Below, piece after piece: positions 53,779-63,911 of a stretch of 64,000 nucleotides of DNA (position 1 is its first letter; each line of letters opens with the position of its first letter). The DNA is from Cenarchaeum sp. Its GTDB lineage: Archaea > Thermoproteota > Nitrososphaeria > Nitrososphaerales > Nitrosopumilaceae. Where the stretch lies: assembly GCA_963692915.1 (NCBI GenBank), contig OY843584.1:384001-448000 (forward strand). Reading direction: 5' to 3'. The translations under genes and the position numbers were made by a program. The notes beneath the pieces were generated by a model, which made no database searches, was not told where the DNA came from, and worked only from the letters and a program-made list of their open reading frames with translations.

Positions 53779-54341
53779 TTATGAAGGAGACTCGTCGACC
53801 GACGATCGCACACGAACTGCCACGGGGCGGCCATGCGCCATTCCGCCCTAGGCGCCTATGGCCAGAGGCCGTGTGCATATCTTGCGCCCTGTGCGCATCC
53901 GTTCGGCGAGCTAACGCGTAAGGCGATTGGGTGAATATGCGTGATACGGCACTTTCGGCATGGCGCCGTGTGCCTTGGGCCCATTAGAGACACCCTGTGA
54001 CGCGGTAGTCGTGCCGTGCGATGCGGCTCATCTGGTCGTGTGGGTTATGTGTAGAACTGGTGGCGCAAGCACGGCCGTGCCAATGCCCCTGTCACTGCAC
54101 GTAGCCAGCGTCCTGGCCACGTACCGGAGCGCCCTGCCGTCAAGCCTCCTGACCGGCATGGCGCGCCGGCGGCGGAGTCATCCAAACGTGTGTTTCGGCA
54201 GCCTGCCGGACCCCAGGGCACTCCCGAGGCTCCCGGATCTGCGCCCGGCAAGCATTCCTGCCCAGTCTACTACTTTTCGTACAAGGCACAACGCCCCATG
54301 GGCGGGTAGGTTAAAAAGGGGCGCGGCGCGCGTGCGTGACG

Positions 54342-54509
54342 ATGCCCATAGCGGATCCCGAAAAGAAGCAGATAGCGCAAAAAGCGCGCCTTCACCTCAA
54401 GATATGCTTTAACTGCGGCGCGCGCAACGCGCTGGCCGCAACGCGCTGCCGCAAGTGCCACCACACGGCTCTGCGCCTAAAGAACAGGGCACTAGGCGCC
54501 AAAAAGTAG
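54342..54509 (+). CDS. rpl40e: 50S ribosomal protein L40e (not in ORF track)
   Basis: Hand translation MPIADPEKKQIAQKARLHLKICFNCGARNALAATRCRKCHHTALRLKNRALGAKK. Confidence 0.95.
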   Translation: MPIADPEKKQIAQKARLHLKICFNCGARNALAATRCRKCHHTALRLKNRALGAKK

Positions 54510-54577
54510 TCCTGTGGCGCACGCCTGCGCGCACCAAACCTAAAGAGTCAAAAGCGGCTCCCTGCGCCACCGCCGAC

Positions 54578-54673
54578 GGACCGGTCGTCTAGCGGCTAGG
54601 ATGACGCACTCACACTGCGTAAGGGTGCCACGGCGCCCCGCAATGGTCATGGGTTCAAATCCCATCCGGTCCA
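54578..54673 (+). tRNA. tRNA-Val(CAC) with 23-nt non-canonical intron at 44/45 (54622-54644)
   Basis: GGACCGG/CCGGTCC-A acceptor; ACGCA-CTCACAC-TGCGT; removing the insert restores variable loop AGGTC. Confidence 0.88.
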
Positions 54674-54677
54674 CTCC

Positions 54678-56063
54678 CTATTCCTGCGCCGATCGTTCCC
54701 TAAAGACCCAGACTGTTCGTTGACCGTGATCCAGAACGTCTGCGCCCATGGATGTCATCTCGTCCCTTGCCTCGTCGGCCTCGTCATAGCGCGACTCTGC
54801 GCGCCGGCTCTCGCGAAGCGCGCACAGCTCGTCAAGCCTCCTCTCGGCATCGTGTGACGGGCCGCTGATGTGCAGGCCAAGCGTGCCGAGCATTGCGTCA
54901 AGCGTGCCGCGTGCCGATGCGGACTCTGCATCCCCGAGCGCACCGCCGGCGGCAGTCTCGTTGACCTCGCCGGCCAGCCCAAAGAGCTCGTCTAGCGCAT
55001 GTCGCGTGTCAAGGTCATCGTCTAGCGCGCCGACAAAGCTGTGCCATCGGTCTCCCTCAGGCTCACACGGGCCGTTTGCGCCGGCACTACGAAGCTCATA
55101 GTGGCATGTTTCGGCCTGCCGCCACCTCTCGACGCACTCGGACATTGCCGAGGGCGCATAGTCTATGCGCTTTGAATAGCGAGCCCCCAGGCAAAAGACG
55201 CGCAGCGCATTGGCTCCCCATGTCGAGATTGCAGACCGAACCGTGCGCGAGTTGCCAGCCGACTTTGACATCTTTTCGCCGTCTACTGTGACCATTCCGA
55301 CATGCATCCACGCGCGCGCAAGGCTGTGGCCGGTGCATGACTCTGACTGCGCAATCTCGTTCTCGTGGTGGGGGAATATGAGATCGCGTCCCCCGCCGTG
55401 CACGTCGATCGTTCCGGGTAGGTGCTTTCTTGCCATCGCCGAGCACTCTATGTGCCATCCGGGCCGGCCTGTGCCCCATGGGCTTGGCCACGTCCGCTCG
55501 CCGTCTGCCCTCTTCCAGAGCGCAAAGTCAAGCGCATTGCGCTTTGTCTCATCGACGCCAACGCGCGCGCCTGCCACAAGCTCGTCTGTCCTTTTGCCTG
55601 ACAGCCTGCCATACGGGGCAAAGGACGACACGTCAAAGTAGACGCCTGTGAGCGTCTCATAGGCGACTCCGGCATCGACTAGCTCGCGGATCATTGCGAC
55701 CATGTCATCGATGTGGTCTACTGCCCTAGGTGCGCTAGTCGGGCGTAGTATGTTGAGCGCATCAGAATCCTCATTGTACCTGCGTATGTGCCGCTCGGTG
55801 AGCGTGGCGGCATCCTCGCCGGACTCTGCGGCACGTCGGAGTATCTTGTCATCAACGTCAGTAAAGTTCTGCACGAGCTCGACGTTGGCACCGCTGCGCT
55901 CGAGGTGCCTGCGCAGGACGTCAAAGACTATGGCAGATCGCGCATGGCCGACATGCGCGTCATCATACACGGTCGCGCCGCACACGTACACGCGCACGAG
56001 CCCAGTCGGGCCGACCTCGACGCGCTCTCCACTCAGCGTGTCATGGACATTCATTGTAGGCAC
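54678..56063 (-). CDS. cysS: Cysteinyl-tRNA synthetase
   Basis: CGATVYD..HVGH, GRPGWHIECS, FPHHENE, KMSKS. Confidence 0.97.
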   Translation of the reverse strand: MPTMNVHDTLSGERVEVGPTGLVRVYVCGATVYDDAHVGHARSAIVFDVLRRHLERSGANVELVQNFTDVDDKILRRAAESGEDAATLTERHIRRYNEDSDALNILRPTSAPRAVDHIDDMVAMIRELVDAGVAYETLTGVYFDVSSFAPYGRLSGKRTDELVAGARVGVDETKRNALDFALWKRADGERTWPSPWGTGRPGWHIECSAMARKHLPGTIDVHGGGRDLIFPHHENEIAQSESCTGHSLARAWMHVGMVTVDGEKMSKSAGNSRTVRSAISTWGANALRVFCLGARYSKRIDYAPSAMSECVERWRQAETCHYELRSAGANGPCEPEGDRWHSFVGALDDDLDTRHALDELFGLAGEVNETAAGGALGDAESASARGTLDAMLGTLGLHISGPSHDAERRLDELCALRESRRAESRYDEADEARDEMTSMGADVLDHGQRTVWVFRERSAQE

Positions 56064-56812
56064 GCCCCCGGCACATGCGCACGCTTGTGCGCACTGCCCT
56101 CGTGCATGGCGCGCACACGCGCCACCGTCTCGACGGAAACTGTGGCGTCGTGTGCCGTGCTGGCATCATCCATGCGCCTGTCCACTATGCACTGGAGGAT
56201 TGGGTCAATCTCCTCGTAGGTCATGCCGAGCTCCTCCTCAGCACCATGGTTGTCCCACAGGTGTGGTGCGCTCTTTTTTTGCGCAATTGCTGCGGGTATG
56301 CCAAGGTGCCGTGCCATCTCCCTCACCTGAACCTTATAGAGCGATGCTATTGGAAACACGTCGGCTGCACCGTCACCATGTTTTGTAAAGTAGCCGATAA
56401 GGGCCTCACTCCGGTCACTCGTTCCTGCAACGAGTGCGCCTGCCGAGTTGGCATGGTGGTACAGCAGGCACATCCTGATACGCGCCCTTGCGTTGCCCAG
56501 CGCCCTCTCATCGGGATCGACGTGGCGCGCAAATTCCCTGACTATTGGCGCAATGTCGACTGTCCGGCTCGCAATCCCAAGAGTTCCGGCAAGTTCCTGC
56601 GCATCCTTGGTGTCACGCTCCGGCGTGACCTGCGAGTCAGGCATCACCAGCGCCGTCGTCGTGCATGCCCTTGAGCATATTGCCGCAGTGACGGCAGAGT
56701 CTAGCCCGCCGCTGAGCCCGAGGACAACACCGCTCGCGCCGGCCGAGGAGACGGCACCTGTGACTAGGCGCACGGCCGCATCAGCAGATGCCGCATAGTC
56801 AATCTGCGGCAT
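56051..56812 (-). CDS. nadE: NH3-dependent NAD+ synthetase
   Basis: GLSGGLDS, GNARARIRM, GYFTKHGDG, LYKVQV; start ATG 56812. Confidence 0.95.
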   Translation of the reverse strand: MPQIDYAASADAAVRLVTGAVSSAGASGVVLGLSGGLDSAVTAAICSRACTTTALVMPDSQVTPERDTKDAQELAGTLGIASRTVDIAPIVREFARHVDPDERALGNARARIRMCLLYHHANSAGALVAGTSDRSEALIGYFTKHGDGAADVFPIASLYKVQVREMARHLGIPAAIAQKKSAPHLWDNHGAEEELGMTYEEIDPILQCIVDRRMDDASTAHDATVSVETVARVRAMHEGSAHKRAHVPGACLQ

Positions 56813-56837
56813 CGCCGCAAGGGCGTCGGCGTGACTG

Positions 56838-57140
56838 CTAGAGCTCGACGTAGATGCCGTCCTTTCTCTCCTCGACTTTGTATGTCTTGAGGCTGACATC
56901 CTTGAGATAGTCAAGCAGCTTGCCCGTCTTTATTTCATAATGCCAAAAGTGCAGGGGGCACTCGACTACGCCGTCCTTGATCTCACCGGGGGCTATCGAG
57001 CCGTCCTGGTGCGCGCACGTCGACTCTAGGGCGTGCATCCCGTCATGGTTAAAGACGGCTATCTTTGTTCCATCCACGTCAAACTCGGCGCCAGAGTCCC
57101 TGGCCACGGCGCCCCGCTCGGCCACCTTGACCCATCTCAT
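56838..57140 (-). CDS. Rieske [2Fe-2S] ferredoxin
   Basis: CAH...CPLH; start ATG 57140. Confidence 0.93.
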   Translation of the reverse strand: MRWVKVAERGAVARDSGAEFDVDGTKIAVFNHDGMHALESTCAHQDGSIAPGEIKDGVVECPLHFWHYEIKTGKLLDYLKDVSLKTYKVEERKDGIYVEL

Positions 57141-57246
57141 TCCGGCGCAGGCTTGCGCGCAGACCCTAATAAGCACGACGGAGGCTCACTGACGGTGCCG
57201 CACACGCATCACAGTATTTAAGTAAGATAGTGCACACTCTGCCACA

Positions 57247-60234
57247 ATGAGGACGAGACTGGGGGCTTTGGGATTTGCGCTCCTCCTGCTCATGCCCGCA
57301 TATGCGGCATCGCAGACGCCTGACCGGATAATCGTGGACAGGGACCTCGGCGAGCATGGCAGGGGCGACCACCTCTTTGTCCACGGGATACTCGCATCGC
57401 CGGATCAGGCAAAGTTCGTCATCGTGCAGGTGGCAAACCCGCGCGGCGAGCTGTGCAGCATACAGCAGATACAGCCCCTCTCGGAGGGCCAGTTTGTCAC
57501 CAAGGCCGTGCCGCTCCGCGGAGCGCTGTGCGGCATCGACGGTGAGTACGACGTGCGCATATTCTTTGGCGAGCACTCGCAGTCCTCCTCGTTCGTCCTC
57601 TCCGGACCCGGCGCAGAGGCGCCTGAAGGGGATGACACCCTCAGGGCGGCGCACGCCGCGCTTGACGCTCGCATTGCGCGCACGCAGGGGCTTGACACGG
57701 CATGGTACACGTCGCGCGCACTGGCCCTAGTCGGACCACTTGACACGATAGAGGCCGTCGAGCAGATCTATGTGGATCTCCTTGGCGACTCTTTTACTGA
57801 CTCGTCCCTTGAGGGACTTGACGTGACGCTGCGACGTGCCATACGTGACGCAATTGACGCAACGGGGGCACTCGAGCGCGACTCGGTTATATCCACAGAT
57901 GCCGCAAGCGAGATCAGGGACTTGCTGTGGGCAGCAATCATGTACCACGAGGCCGGCGACGCGCGCTCCTCGTACGCAAAGATAAACGAGGCGTATGTTG
58001 ACATACGCATATTCGAGCCATCAAGCGGCGCGGCTCCGGATCGCCCGCCCACGTTTGAGGAGCTAGAATCCACCGTTCTTAGCCTGATGATGAAGAGTGG
58101 CTCTCTCCTCTCAAAGGACGTTCGCTCCGACCTGTCGTTCATCCTGTCGCGCGGCACTGCCCCAATACACATTGAAAGCCTAAACTCGCTAGTCAACGTG
58201 CTGACGCACGCAAGGTATCTTGACATAGTGGAGCGCAAGGATGACGATCTTCACAAGCTCATAACGGGGGACTGGGTTGCACTGAGGCCGCGGGTAACCT
58301 CGGCGTCGACGATCGAGGCGACTGTGGCCCTAGAGGAGCAGACCTCGGCGCTGTATGGTGCGGCGATGGCACTGCGTGACCTCGACAAGGTGGAGAACTT
58401 TGTCAATGGTGACAGAGCCGGCGATCTTGGGATGCTGCTGCGCCCCGACTGGAACAAGATCGTCTCGGATATCAGGTCGGCGAGCTCGACTGAGGATATC
58501 ATGAATAGTGTGGACAATGTCACGAGGATAAAGGGAGTCGTCGACATATCCTCACGGCTAGAGCAGGTGATACGGCTCACGAGTGCCAACGGCATAGAGA
58601 CTGACATCACGCGCCAGTGGCCTGACCTGCTCTCAAGCGTGGGCGATGCGGGAGATCTTGATGCCATACTCCTAATCGTCAAAAAGTTTGAGGAATCGAT
58701 ACAGTCTCTGCGCGAGGCGCGCAGCCCACTGTCCTCGCTGGAGCTGGAATACCGTGCGCTGCGCGCAAAGGCGGATCAGCAGTCAGACAGGGCTGCGCTG
58801 GCCAACATTGACAATGCCCTCAATATACTGGATCTTGCGCAAAAGCTCTCCTCGGGCAACCCTACAGAGGCGCGCCGTGACAGGGTGGAGGTTCTAGTGG
58901 CGTGGGTGGTTCAGGAGGCCGACGCGATCAGAGATCGCCTAAACTCAAACACAGATGTCAACCAGACACAGCGTGCGGCGAGCATACTGGAGCGCGCAAA
59001 CTCGCTTGAGAGCCTCGGCGAGATTGGACTGCGCACAAAGAGGTTTGTGCCCGGATATTCAGACTATGTTGATGAGGTAAAGCAAAAGATATCGCGTGCA
59101 AGGGAGCTTGTGATATCAGGCGAGCTGCGCCTTGCTGATGACATTGTGCGAAACGCGCGCGCAGAGTGGATCGAGGTGGATGCCGCGTATCGCGATGATC
59201 CGCCGTCATCAGACGACTATGGGATTGTCGATGTCCGTCGGCGCGCATACACAGAGCAGGTAGATGGGCTCCAGAACGTTGCGGCACGGTTCCTCGTTAA
59301 CGGGACAGAAGAGGCGCGTGAGATGCGCCTTATCCTTGACAGGGCAGCAGAGTTCACCGAGCACGGAAACTTTGTAGACGCGCAAGAGTGGATAACTCGG
59401 GCGTACGAATACGCGCAGGATCACCTTAGCATGAAGCACAATAGCGTGATCTTTGACATAGAGCGCAACGAGGCTGCGCGCACGTGGATGATAAACGGGT
59501 TTGTCGAAAAGCAGGCATTTGACCGGAGAGAGGACATATCGGTCACGGTTCTACACGCCAACAACACGCTTCACAGCGAGCTAGAGTTCACCGACACAAG
59601 GCACGGCGCGTTCTCCATACCGTGGAATGGTCCGGGCGAGCCGGGCATATACATTGCAGAGCTTGCCTACCGAGACACGACATCGGCCAACATTGTGTAC
59701 ATTCCATACGATCTCGGCACTGCAGGTGACAGGGAACAGCGTCAGACTCTCTCGGGCGGCTCTGGCCTCATTGCCTCCTCGCGTGACCTCTTTGACCTGC
59801 GCGAGTTCATGCGTGGGTTCGGCGGAGAGCGATACCAGTCAAACATCGGGCGCATAGGGCCTGTAGTCGCCGACGCCGAGAAGGCCATCCTCGACAGGGA
59901 CGAGGCCGAGGCCCGCTCCAAGGTCGCCGAGCTGCGTGCCCTCATTGAGCGCTACCTCCCGCAGCGCTCCACCGATGCGGCAATACGCGCCGACTATGGC
60001 CAGGGCGGCCTGCTCCTAGAGGGCGCGATCAAAAAGTCGATCGCCTTCCCCGAGGACCTCTATGTCGACGTGTTCGACCAGTCCGGAGACCTCGTGACAA
60101 CTGTTGCGCTCACCGACGACTCGAACGGCTCGTTCTCGCAGAGCCTCGTGCGCAGCTTTGAGCCCGGCACGCACGTCGTGCTCCTCTCATACCATGACCT
60201 GCGCGTCTCGGACTTTTTCACCGTGGATCGCTAG
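57247..60234 (+). CDS. 995-aa exported protein, alternating beta-sandwich and long helical segments
   Basis: Signal peptide; three related beta-rich units (G.Y.V/G.Y.A/GTHVV) separated by helical regions. Confidence 0.8.
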   Translation: MRTRLGALGFALLLLMPAYAASQTPDRIIVDRDLGEHGRGDHLFVHGILASPDQAKFVIVQVANPRGELCSIQQIQPLSEGQFVTKAVPLRGALCGIDGEYDVRIFFGEHSQSSSFVLSGPGAEAPEGDDTLRAAHAALDARIARTQGLDTAWYTSRALALVGPLDTIEAVEQIYVDLLGDSFTDSSLEGLDVTLRRAIRDAIDATGALERDSVISTDAASEIRDLLWAAIMYHEAGDARSSYAKINEAYVDIRIFEPSSGAAPDRPPTFEELESTVLSLMMKSGSLLSKDVRSDLSFILSRGTAPIHIESLNSLVNVLTHARYLDIVERKDDDLHKLITGDWVALRPRVTSASTIEATVALEEQTSALYGAAMALRDLDKVENFVNGDRAGDLGMLLRPDWNKIVSDIRSASSTEDIMNSVDNVTRIKGVVDISSRLEQVIRLTSANGIETDITRQWPDLLSSVGDAGDLDAILLIVKKFEESIQSLREARSPLSSLELEYRALRAKADQQSDRAALANIDNALNILDLAQKLSSGNPTEARRDRVEVLVAWVVQEADAIRDRLNSNTDVNQTQRAASILERANSLESLGEIGLRTKRFVPGYSDYVDEVKQKISRARELVISGELRLADDIVRNARAEWIEVDAAYRDDPPSSDDYGIVDVRRRAYTEQVDGLQNVAARFLVNGTEEAREMRLILDRAAEFTEHGNFVDAQEWITRAYEYAQDHLSMKHNSVIFDIERNEAARTWMINGFVEKQAFDRREDISVTVLHANNTLHSELEFTDTRHGAFSIPWNGPGEPGIYIAELAYRDTTSANIVYIPYDLGTAGDREQRQTLSGGSGLIASSRDLFDLREFMRGFGGERYQSNIGRIGPVVADAEKAILDRDEAEARSKVAELRALIERYLPQRSTDAAIRADYGQGGLLLEGAIKKSIAFPEDLYVDVFDQSGDLVTTVALTDDSNGSFSQSLVRSFEPGTHVVLLSYHDLRVSDFFTVDR

Positions 60235-61436
60235 AGCGAGTCGCCAACGAGCCTGACTAGCTGCCGCACCGCAAGGCGTGGGTGCGAGACGGCAAGGCGC
60301 GCGACGTATCCTAGCCCAAAGTCTGCCCTCACAAAGTCAAGAAACTCGTCAGCCGAGAGCGCGCGTATCGTCTCAAGCTCGTCATCCCACCCCCTGTCAT
60401 CGAGGCCGAGCCAGCGCGACTGCACGCGCGAGGCGGCGCGTATCTTTGATGCAATCTCGCGCCTCCACGACTTTTCATAGTGCTCTAGTGCGGCCTCTGA
60501 GACGTCTCCAGATGCTGCAGCACGCGCAGCAGCCCTGCCGGCTGCTGCGCCATACCGTATCGCATAGCGTATGCCCTCTAGGACAAGCGGGTTTGCCTGT
60601 CCGGCCGTGTCGCCTGCAAGGATGAGGCCGTCGTGGACCGTCTTGCGCGCGACCCCGCCGTTGGGAATTATCCCATAGTGAAACTCTACTGGCTTTACCC
60701 TTCCAAGGCGCGAGAGCGGTCCGGGCCTGCGCTCTAGGAGGCGCGCAAGCCTGGCGGCCGCATCCTCGCCGGACTCGGGCTTTGCGATCCCGACGCCAAT
60801 CCTGACCATGTCGCCGCCTAGCGGAAAGACCCACGCGTATCCGGCAGGCGAATAGTCGCCGCCGACCATGAGCCACCACGTGTCCTCATCGGCGCCCTCG
60901 GCGTGGGCCTCCCACTCGGCGCCAACCCCAAACCTGTCCCATCTGCGAACCGCGCGTGTGCTGCGCGCAACTGTGGACTGGAACCCCGTCGCATCGACTG
61001 TCATGCGCGCGCGAAACTCGACCGGACCGGCATCCGAGGACGCATGAACGCCGCACACGGCACTGCCATTGACAATGGCGCGCGTGACGCCGGTTCCGGT
61101 GAACAGGCGCGCGCCGGCCTCCTGCGCCCGTGCGGCTAGCCACCTGTATGTGCGGCGCACGTCAAGGACCGCTGCACGTGCCTCCGTGTCGCACACGGTG
61201 ACCTCGTTGCCCGGCGAAAAGAACGCATAGTTGTGAACGGGATGGTAGCAGTCGCGCGGAATCCCAAACTCCCTGACTGAGTCCATCCACGTCACGCCGC
61301 TGGTTCGGACGGTTCGCGCAACGTCGGCCTCGCGCTCTATGAGGGCAACGCTTGCGCCCTCTAGTGCCGCAGCACGTGCGGCCGAAGAGCCTGCAGGGCC
61401 GGCACCGGCCACAACGACATCGTATGAATTCATCAC
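60231..61436 (-). CDS. Geranylgeranyl reductase family FAD oxidoreductase (archaeal lipid saturation)
   Basis: DVVVAGAGPAGS, PAGYAWVFP, GDTAGQANP..EGI. Confidence 0.9.
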   Translation of the reverse strand: MMNSYDVVVAGAGPAGSSAARAAALEGASVALIEREADVARTVRTSGVTWMDSVREFGIPRDCYHPVHNYAFFSPGNEVTVCDTEARAAVLDVRRTYRWLAARAQEAGARLFTGTGVTRAIVNGSAVCGVHASSDAGPVEFRARMTVDATGFQSTVARSTRAVRRWDRFGVGAEWEAHAEGADEDTWWLMVGGDYSPAGYAWVFPLGGDMVRIGVGIAKPESGEDAAARLARLLERRPGPLSRLGRVKPVEFHYGIIPNGGVARKTVHDGLILAGDTAGQANPLVLEGIRYAIRYGAAAGRAAARAAASGDVSEAALEHYEKSWRREIASKIRAASRVQSRWLGLDDRGWDDELETIRALSADEFLDFVRADFGLGYVARLAVSHPRLAVRQLVRLVGDSL

Positions 61437-61480
61437 GCGCGGGCTCCGGTGAGCCTGAATATATTCATGGGTGCTGTGGA

Positions 61481-61690
61481 CTACCTCTTTAGCACGGGGG
61501 AGCCCTTTGTGTCCGATGACCGCTCGGCATCAAACGGCTCGTCGGCATGCGCTGCCCTGTGCATATAGCTGTGCGAGCTGCCATCCTCCTTTCGGCAGAA
61601 TTTTTTGTGGACTGACTCCTCTATCTTGAGCGTCGTCTCGTTCTCGTGGTACATGCGCTTTCCGCACTCTGCGCATATCGCCTCAGGCAT
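61481..61690 (-). CDS. Small putative Zn-binding protein (CxxC...HxxxC)
   Basis: MPEAICAECGK...VHKKFC; TATA-like TAAATAT upstream of ATG 61690. Confidence 0.65.
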   Translation of the reverse strand: MPEAICAECGKRMYHENETTLKIEESVHKKFCRKEDGSSHSYMHRAAHADEPFDAERSSDTKGSPVLKR

Positions 61691-61907
61691 GGTGCACAGG
61701 ATCGATGCGCGCATATTTAGCCGTATGGGAGCGAGGCGCGCTTTGGCACGCATAGCCTAGCGAACATAAATATCTGCGACGGGGAGTTTGCTGCCATGCC
61801 GATGCAACACCCTGATGCGCTGTCGCTCCTCATATGGTCTGCAATATCGGCGGCCATGGTGGCCGCATCCGGCCTGGCATACAGGACATATCGGAGGCGC
61901 GTCTCCC

Positions 61908-62483
61908 ATTAGGCGCCTCCATGCAGAAAAGCGCGGGCTTCGCTGCCTCGGCGTGGCCGAGAGCTTTGGGCCGGGGGACAGGACATCCACGCTCGCCGGA
62001 GTCGTCATGCGCCGTGACGGAACAGTCGACGGTGCCGTCATTGGCGGCTCTACTGTGTCCGGCGATGACGCAACTGATGCCATTGCGGCGATGCACTCGC
62101 GCCTGGACAGGTGCGACATATCGTGCACGATCGTCTCTGGCCTCCTCATATCGATGTACAATGTCATCAACGTGGAGCGCCTGGCCGAGCTTACGCAGGT
62201 GCCGGCGATCGGCGTGACGTACCGCGAGTCAGGCGGGCTCGATGGGGCAATAAGGCATCACTTTGAATCGCCGGCTAGGCGGCTCGCCGAGTATGCCTCC
62301 ATGCCGGCTAGGGAGCGCATGAGGCTGCACACGGGCCATGACATTTTCGTGGTGTGCGCGGGCTGCACCGGCAATGACGCTGCGGCAATACTTGACTCGT
62401 TCACGCGGCATGGTGCGGTTCCCGAACCGCTGCGTGTCGCGCGCACCATTGCGCGCGCGGCCAGGGTTGGCCTAGTCGTCTGA
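61908..62483 (+). CDS. DUF99 family (endonuclease V-like) protein; start uncertain
   Basis: GVAESF, GVVMRRD, GDDAT, YNVIN, VPEPLRVA. Confidence 0.85.
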   Translation: MRRLHAEKRGLRCLGVAESFGPGDRTSTLAGVVMRRDGTVDGAVIGGSTVSGDDATDAIAAMHSRLDRCDISCTIVSGLLISMYNVINVERLAELTQVPAIGVTYRESGGLDGAIRHHFESPARRLAEYASMPARERMRLHTGHDIFVVCAGCTGNDAAAILDSFTRHGAVPEPLRVARTIARAARVGLVV

Positions 62484-63365
62484 TGGGCCGCCAATGTGGC
62501 GCAGTATCCCCGTATAGTCAAGGTCTCCATGTCCCGCATCCACTGCGTCGCGGTATACCTTTAGTATATTGTCTGCTCCAGGAAGGACTGTGCCGCGTGA
62601 TTCTGCAAAGCGCGTGATTATTCCGAGGTCCTTCTTGAGGTTGCGCAGCAGGAACGTTGGCGTGTACTCGCCACGCGCCATCCTGTGGGCCTTTTTGCGG
62701 CTCATGCCAGTGCCAAAGTATGTCGAGTTTAGCACCGTGAGAAACGTCTCGGGATCCACGCCACCGCGTCTCGTTATCTCTATGCCCTCTGATATCGAGA
62801 GGGCCAGGGACGCTATCTGCAGGTTCATCGCAAGCTTTACCGTGTGTGCCGTGCCGTTCTCGCCCAGGTGGTGGACCTCCTGCCCAACGTCCCGGAGCAC
62901 GCCCTCGCACGCCGTGTATGCGTCCCTGTTCCCGTCTGCCATGACGACGAGCGTGCCGGCGGCCGCCGCGTCCGGCCCACCCATGACGGGAATGCCGATC
63001 ATCCTCACGCCAAACTCTGCTGCAAGCCTCTCCGCAATCTCGCGCGAGTCAACCGGACTTATCGTGCTCATGTCTGCGATAACTAGGGTCTCATGCGCAC
63101 CGGATGCTAGCCCGCCATCTCCAAATGTGACACTGCGAACCGCATCTGCGTCCGTGACGCACACTATGGCAATGTCTGATGCGGCCGCGACATCTTTTGC
63201 GCTTCCCATGACCTCTGCGCCGGCATCTGCGAGCCGCAACGTCCTCTCGCGCGTGCGGTTGTACGCTGCGAGCGTATGGCCGCGCTCGATTAGACGAAGC
63301 GCGACTGCCTCGCCTAGCATCCCTGTCCCGACAATGCCGACCCTCATGGACATCGGCTCGTCCAT
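62472..63365 (-). CDS. NAD(P)-dependent beta-hydroxyacid dehydrogenase (3-hydroxyisobutyrate dehydrogenase family)
   Basis: GIVGTGMLG, YNRT, DMSTI, PVMGG, VKLAMN, KDL. Confidence 0.92.
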   Translation of the reverse strand: MDEPMSMRVGIVGTGMLGEAVALRLIERGHTLAAYNRTRERTLRLADAGAEVMGSAKDVAAASDIAIVCVTDADAVRSVTFGDGGLASGAHETLVIADMSTISPVDSREIAERLAAEFGVRMIGIPVMGGPDAAAAGTLVVMADGNRDAYTACEGVLRDVGQEVHHLGENGTAHTVKLAMNLQIASLALSISEGIEITRRGGVDPETFLTVLNSTYFGTGMSRKKAHRMARGEYTPTFLLRNLKKDLGIITRFAESRGTVLPGADNILKVYRDAVDAGHGDLDYTGILRHIGGPSDD

Positions 63366-63441
63366 GATCTTATTTTAGTCGTTTGGGCAGTCTGCGCCAC
63401 GCCGCACGGGAGCAAAAAATCCCACGGGGCACTGCCTCGCC

Positions 63442-63828
63442 CTAGCGTGTCTCCTCAGCACACAGCTTCCATGGCCTGTTTCCCAGCAGCGGCGCCTCGA
63501 ACTTTAGCCTCCCGACGGTTCGCTCGCCGTCCCTGACCATCGCATAGTCGACCCGCCTTGTGCTCAGTATGCTCTCCCTGGTCTTGTATCCGCCCTCGAT
63601 GACCCTCACGCGGAAGCGCTTGCTTGCCCGCACGACTGCGCGGCGTGCGGCCTTGACGTCGCCGACCCATGAGAACATCTCAAATGACCCAAAGTTCTGC
63701 GTCTTGACTGTGTGGCCGTACAGGCGCGCCTCTAGCTTTAGCCCGCTCTTGGCCGCATACGCGTTTATCCACTCGACGACGCGCTCGCCGTGGCCCTCCT
63801 GAGCCCCAAATGACTCCGCGCCGCCCAT
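63442..63828 (-). CDS. Conserved hypothetical protein
   Basis: 128-aa ORF, host-like codon usage, TTATAT box upstream. Confidence 0.7.
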   Translation of the reverse strand: MGGAESFGAQEGHGERVVEWINAYAAKSGLKLEARLYGHTVKTQNFGSFEMFSWVGDVKAARRAVVRASKRFRVRVIEGGYKTRESILSTRRVDYAMVRDGERTVGRLKFEAPLLGNRPWKLCAEETR

Positions 63829-63911
63829 ATGGCAGGCCGGCCCGCGGGGCAGATATAATGGTGTGCGGTGCGCCCTAGACTAAAATACGCCCATGGCAGG
63901 AGGGGCCGCTG

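Noticed and set aside
53637-53834. 65-aa ORF across the repeat array
   Set aside because: The repeat period is not a multiple of 3 and the peptide shows no repeat or motif.
53800-54300. 150-aa ORF (53960..54412) or ncRNA upstream of rpl40e
   Set aside because: No motifs, overlaps rpl40e and its promoter, and no recognisable RNA family.
35700-54340. Integrated virus, ICE or diversity-generating retroelement explaining the accessory region
   Set aside because: No integrase, reverse transcriptase, capsid gene, att repeat or adenine-specific TR/VR pair seen; the 3' end of tRNA-Val faces away from the region.
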